Shown piece after piece: positions 55,196 to 64,000 of a stretch of DNA of 64,000 bases. The stretch covers positions 1 through 64,000 of the forward strand of contig JALDTO010000136.1 in NCBI GenBank assembly GCA_023515725.1, written 5' to 3'. Source of the stretch: Amoeboaphelidium protococcarum X5 (taxonomy: Eukaryota; Fungi; Aphelidiomycota). Numbering within the stretch: the first letter of the stretch is position 1; every line of letters starts with the position of its first letter. Below the pieces are notes generated by a model. The model was given only the letters and a program-made list of their open reading frames with translations, made no database searches and had not been told where the DNA came from. A program made the translations under genes and the position numbers.

Positions 55196-57511
55196 ATGAG
55201 ATTATAACTGCTATCTATTCCAATACTATACCTATCGTGCTGTGTGTCGGGTGGCTGGTTTGGAAGATCTTCTGGTAGTCGTGCTTCAGATACTGATGCT
55301 TTCAGTTTGAATCCTGGCTATTCGCTTAACACGGAGAATGCTCTCGGCGTGGCAAAGTAGATGATTAATCGCGTCAAAGAGTATCCAGATGCTTTGGATT
55401 CATTGGCCAAGCTGATTCTGGCTGCTGATACATCTCAGGCCAACTATGTTAGAAATGTATAGAAACACTGGAGTAGCTTAGTTGCATCTCTGAATAGTCA
55501 ATCTATGCCTTTTCCGCTGCTTTTGAAATCTGTGGTTGATCAGTCGCCGTTACCTGATGACTTGAAATTTCTGCTGCAATCGAAGATTTTGCAATAATTG
55601 TCCAGCCTTGTTGATTTATTGAGCCAAAGAGATGCTTCCAGTGGTGATGGTGAACTGAGCTTATTTACTTCTACTAGTATTGAGTATGCTGTTGCGTAAA
55701 TAAATGTTCACTTAAAGTTGATCAAGCTTGGCTTCTTCCAAAGTGTGATTGATGGCTTTATCGATCGCCTGTTGGAAACCATTGTCGCCGACAGTTAGGC
55801 GAAGGAATTTAAATTCGCGGATAAGGAGCTTATTGCAAATACGGTAAAGAATTATGCTCTGGCAGTGAAGAAGCTGACGATTGCCTATGTCGATAATGGC
55901 CCTGTGGTTATCAAGCGACGTATGATTGCTCAATTGCTGACCGCTGGTATTCATCAAGAAACAGTTGAAGGAATGGTGGCTCATATGCTTGTTGGCACTG
56001 GTGTGATGTTGCAGAAGGCGCTTTAAGTATTTTTGGGATTTGCTGAACAATCGCACCCTTCCATTGAGGAAGTCTCCAAGATTATGCGCTCTAAAGTACC
56101 GATTTTCAATGAGGACTTGCTGCCAGAAGTATTTTCACGCGTTTTTGTTGAAGGAGATCCGTTAAAGTCTGGCTTTGTCGAATTCGGCGATGAGCCTATA
56201 TCTCAGGGAACCGTAGGTATAGTGTACAAGGCCAAGCTTGGGGAGTCGGCTGCGGAGCTGTATGGCTTCGATGAAGTTGCTGTAAAGCTGAGAAGATCAG
56301 ACGCTAAGGAATTGGTATAGGCCGAGTTTAGCGCAATTGAAGGCTAGCTATCCAACATTCACCCATTCCTGGCTAAAGTCATCTTATCGCTCAAGGAATC
56401 GGTTGAGGAGGAGTTTGATTTTGATTTGGAGGCTGCGAATCTGCGCCAAGGCTATAAGGTGTTTGAGAATCGTCGCAAAAATATCAGAGTGACCCGTTTG
56501 TGGGGTGTACTACCTGTCAGAAAGCCATGGCTGAAGCAGTAGCCGGCTGAAGCAATTATTACTCAATGGGCGCCGGGCGTGGTTCTGGACAAAGAGTATT
56601 CTGCAGCTTAGAGGGAATTGGTGTCCTCATCTGTTGAGCCTGTTGACAAGTATTGTTCTCTGAGACTTCAGCTGACCTCACTCGGATTCACGTCGTTCTA
56701 ATCATCCTTAGGTGGCAGCGGTTTTTATCATGCTGATCTACATTTGAGTAATATGAAGTATGATTAGGAGACTGGTACTTTGTGGCTGCTTGACTTTGGA
56801 AATGCTGGTTACTTGAGACTTTCAGATAGAGCTACGTAACTAAGTGCTTCAATGAGTATGTTAAGGCTCAACGGCGACGGTATGTTCAATACTCTAAAAG
56901 AGTATGCCATCGAAAATAACGCTTATGAGGAAGCATCTCCATCTACGTGGAAGGCGTTTAGAAAGTCTCTGAATGAGTAGAGCAAGGAGTCTAAAGCTAA
57001 TATTGCAGAGTTAAAGCTTGAATAGCAGCGCATAGAAAAACTTTTGAAAAGTGCGCGTCTTCAGGTAAGCTCTGGTAGCAGCTAAACTGGCACAAGTGCG
57101 GATGAGGATACTGTTGAATAGTATGTGAACTAGTTATAAGACATTAAACTCAAGATTTTGCAAGCTAAAAGTGCTTTTTCTTCTGCTGTTATGAGTTAGG
57201 CCGTCTCTCTGCTCATTCCTATCCCGATGTGGTTCATTAATTATTCTCGCGGTGTTGCGTTGATGATTTCTACTATAATGAACGCATAGGTGTTCGCATA
57301 GGCTGCGAAATGCCCATCTGTTGATTATACGCTAACTGGTGTTGCGACTTTTGTAAAGACGTATGCTGGTCTAGGTGGACGCGTCTTTGGTCACTCGATT
57401 TGGAAGTCTATTACTTGGCCGTTTAGATAAGTGCGTAACTGGCTAAGAAATCGTCGCAACAAATATGGCCACGCTAATAGACTGGGACCAGAGTTCTAGT
57501 AGTACGAGTGA
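55196..57511 (+). CDS. Divergent ABC1/UbiB-family atypical kinase with predicted signal peptide, 771 aa
   Basis: N-terminus MRLQLLSIPILYLSCCVSG/GWFG. GVMLQKALQ, EPISQGTVGIVYKAKL, EVAVKLRR, EEEFDFDLEAANL, IITQWAPG, FYHADLHLSNM, LLDFGNAG. TGA 57509-57511. Confidence 0.82.
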
Positions 57512-57748
57512 GTAATGAGCGGGTTATTAAAGGAATTTTCTTGAGAGATATTTATGCGAATAGAAATAAAGTTGAAATTTAAAGAATATAATTTTTGGTA
57601 ATACTCCATTAACGTTCAACTAGGCCTTAAAGAGCCATCATAACCAGCCAATCTCAAACAAGATAAAATCTCAAAGTTACATTACGGTGTATCGGGATTG
57701 TATATTGAACACACATCAAATATTTTTATTTCATTTTAGATATCAAAA

Positions 57749-61108
<3,360 letters not shown>

Positions 61109-61501
61109 CTTCAATTTAAAATCTAATTTGTGTTTTATTAGAACTTGGAAGAATAAAACAATCGCGCGGCCCTTAGGATTACAGAGAGAGCGCGTGATCG
61201 ATCAAATCTTGCGGAATTTTACGCGCCTCAACACGCTCGATCAAGTCGCTTTCAGTCATTAGTCGCTTCAAGGAAAGAATCGCTTTAACCGAAGCCGCAA
61301 AAATCAACCGAAAATCTTTTCGTACTTGTCCAATTTGAATTTCTTATAAAGCATTGGATAGAAACACAGAACGTAAGATTTGTACTATATTTAGACTCTG
61401 TACTGCCCATTTAACGCGTTAAAATCGCGGAATTTGTGTAGTGCAGTGGTTATTTCAGAGGATTACTAATTACTTATTTCTTGTTTGTAGTTGAATTTAA
61501 A

Positions 61502-61763
61502 ATGGCAAAGAGCAAGAATCACACGAATCATAATTAGAACAAAAAGGCTCACCGTAATGGTATCAAGAAGCCATAGAGAAACCGTTATCCTTCATTGAAA
61601 GGTGTAAGAGTTTATTTGAAATTTATAGTCGTACTCATTTATACTCGTAATTTCAATCTTTGTCTGTATGTAGGTTGATCCAAAATTCTTGCGTAATCAG
61701 AGATTTGCGAAGGCTGGTAGTGCCAAAGCAGTAAGAGAGCAGAGAAAGTTGGCCAAGGCTTGA
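61502..61763 (+). CDS. RPL29: 60S ribosomal protein L29 (eL29)
   Basis: MAKSKNHTNHNQNKKAHRNGIKKP..RYPSLKG / intron 61604-61673 / VDPKFLRNQRFA. Possible 5' UTR intron 61373-61490 (gtaag...tttgtag). Confidence 0.97.
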
Positions 61764-62268
61764 GTATTGTCCGTGCAACCACTGATAAATACAATTGTCT
61801 TTTTAATATTTATTGAATTTGTGGATTTTGCCATTTGGGAGTTCTATGTATAAATGCCGTTCTGATTCATCAGTGGATCCGAGATTTCGTAGTGGTATTT
61901 ATCTACTACATCTACCTGGAGTTCTGTAATTAGCCAAAAAGAGCGTCTTCACAATTAATGATCACGAATGCGCGACTATCCTGGACGCGTTTAAAAAATA
62001 ATGTGCGCCTCATCTTATCACATCCTGTCTCTCCCTGAGCGATTTACGCCAGGGAAGTGTGAGTCATCACCGACGCGTGGCTTTTAACGTCGAATATTTC
62101 CTAAATGGGATATATGAGCCACAAAATGCTTACAAATACATGCGCTGCACGACTTCAGGTCCTGTTCCATCGTAACTTCCTTTCACATTACGAATCGTCA
62201 TTGTTTTACAAATCATCTGGTTTTAGTTTCTGATTATCTGTTTCATACAACTTACTCGCTTAATAAAT

Positions 62269-62487
62269 ATGTAGCTTCTGTCTGTGATTGCGTTCTTGTT
62301 TGTACTGTCTGTGAATATTGTTGTGGCTCTTCCTGCTCTTGCTAATCCTTATGTCGTAATTCCTAATGGAGTCAACTCTGGTTACCCAAAGGATCCTAAA
62401 GGTTATGACCCGATCAGTCAAATCGATGAGACTCCTGTCAAAATCGCTTACGCTGACATCGTTGACAAGGTTGAAACCAAGTTTTGA
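62269..62487 (+). CDS. Small secreted peptide, 72 aa, unknown function
   Basis: ATG TAG(Q) extends the track ORF: MQLLSVIAFLFVLSVNIVVALPALA-NPYVVIPNGVNSGYPKDPKGYDP...VETKF, TGA. Classical signal peptide, A-rich start context. Confidence 0.72.
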
Positions 62488-63224
62488 AAAAGTTCTTACA
62501 ACAATATGAACAGGTTTTAATTTAATGAATTTTTACATTGACTCTTCATTGCATATTATTTTCTCTTGATTCACTGATGAAGATGAGGCATCCTTCACAG
62601 CCCGCCGATAACGCGCCTTGATAATTGTTTGATCTGACACGTTAGTTCTGAAACTGGTTAAGCTGTGAATTCACTCACACCGCGAAACATACACAGAACT
62701 TGACGTGAATTCAAAATTATTGCCATGCTTTGTGGTAATTAATAAACATGAGCAAGTATCCTACAAAGCTTATAAAACCATCTCACAATTCTCCATTAGC
62801 AAAAAACGATATCTTATCAGAAGGCAGATGATGTACGAGAACAATGTGTGGGGAGAGAGAACAAATCCGATAAAGTACGACGCGCTCGCTTGCAAAGCTT
62901 AACAATCACACAAAACTCGAATCAATCAATCACCTGAATATCATCATCATCATCATCGCCGCTGTCGAGTGCGTACATTCTTGGAATCACCTCGAATCCT
63001 CTCTCCACTCATTTTATTATTAAAGCAACCGTAAGCGACTGCCAGCGTTAATCTCTCATTCGCTTTAGTTGTATTTTAATTTACAGCTTAGAGATTTTAT
63101 TGCCGGTCACTGACTGAACTGGAATCCATATTTGGTTGTGTGTCTGTTATCATCATTCCCGAACATTTAGTCTTTGAATCACTTACTGCAAGAACTGATA
63201 ATAACACTAGAAGACAACGCTATT

Positions 63225-64000
63225 ATGTAGCCTGTTCCGAATCGATATCCTGTATATGGTGATAAGTAAATGCAACCGGTAGCCTTCACGTAATAGCTGT
63301 AATTGCGCGATTTGTATCATTAGTAGCCTGCAATGCTGGGGTCATCATAGTCAACTGCATCCAACTACTCACTGCCGAGCTCGAATGAGCAGCATCGCGG
63401 TGGGGTCAACGTTATTAGCGATGATGTTCATTACTTGGAGCCTCTGCCCAGAATGCCGCTGTACGGCATTGATTTGTCTAGCAGCTAGTAGTAATACTCG
63501 TAGCCAGGATCTCTTATATACAACAATAACAGTGCCCTGACTAATTCATCTTCATGTCTGGCTTATGATGCTTTGAATCCACAGTTTGTCGCTGCACCAA
63601 TAGCTACTTCGTAAAGTCAGAATCTGTACTTGGCTCTCCCTAAGATTCCTGTGCCTAATCACGCTGATGTTGGTGGTAATCAATAGTTAAAGCGTAAATT
63701 GTTGCCACCATCTCCGGCGAATACTTATGATGAACCAGATGGCCATTATCGAATCATTTAGAATGATTATCTCACTCCGCGGTTCAAGATCATAAAGCTG
63801 TTGGGCCAAGGCACGTATGGAAAAGTTGTTGAAGCACTAGATAAAGATACTCAAGGTCGGGTGGCTATCAAGATTATTAAGGCTATTCCAAAGTATAGAG
63901 AGGCGGCCAAGATGGAGTTGAAAATTTTGGAAGTCTTAAAACGACAAGATCAGAGAGGTGATAAGTATTGTATTTAAATGCTGAACTGGTTTGATTACCG
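63225..64000 (+). CDS. LAMMER/CLK dual-specificity kinase (Kns1/Lkh1), 3' end outside window
   Basis: Low-complexity N-terminus, then YDEPDGHY..LTPRFKIIKLLGQGTYGKVV..VAIKIIKAIPKYREAAKMEL..CIQMLNWFDY. Confidence 0.9.

Overview
Gene-dense eukaryotic genomic DNA of fungal or fungus-sister type, using a non-standard genetic code. TAA and TAG sit in frame at conserved Gln positions of AlaRS, Prp22, TAF2, Polo kinase and others, and every gene I could complete ends in TGA (ciliate-type code, NCBI table 6). The supplied standard-code ORF track is therefore fragmented and in places shows the wrong frame or strand. Fungus-like genes plus TAR=Gln point to an aphelid such as Amoeboaphelidium protococcarum (inference). 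Re-read under table 6, the window holds 29 protein genes (27 complete, 2 cut by the edges) with few, short (53-71 nt) introns. Most are housekeeping or conserved: SIP5-like, CIA30, LMW-PTP, NOC3, AlaRS, BRX1, TOP1, Polo kinase, coronin, SPOUT1, IVD, U1-C, HEH/SRC1, OSCA/TMEM63, TAF2, RPS6, TRAPPC11, PRP22, RPL29 and a CLK kinase. The unusual parts are: (1) an accessory island at about 5.8-12 kb with a Crinkler-like ubiquitin-type head fused to a rhomboid protease, a near-identical truncated copy of that head 5010 bp upstream, a divergent RanGAP-like LRR gene and a 1-kb minisatellite; (2) three candidate secreted effectors (double-hevein protein with a KR site, signal-peptide-bearing ABC1 kinase, 72-aa peptide); (3) a 1495-aa multi-RA/PH AGC kinase lacking both canonical regulatory phosphosites; (4) code- and expression-related oddities: a 27-Gln run written only in TAG/TAA, excess TAR-TGA gene ends, a TGTAG splice acceptor, an intron-split start codon and a probable non-AUG mitochondrial extension of AlaRS. 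All family assignments come from motif recognition by eye; no searches were run.
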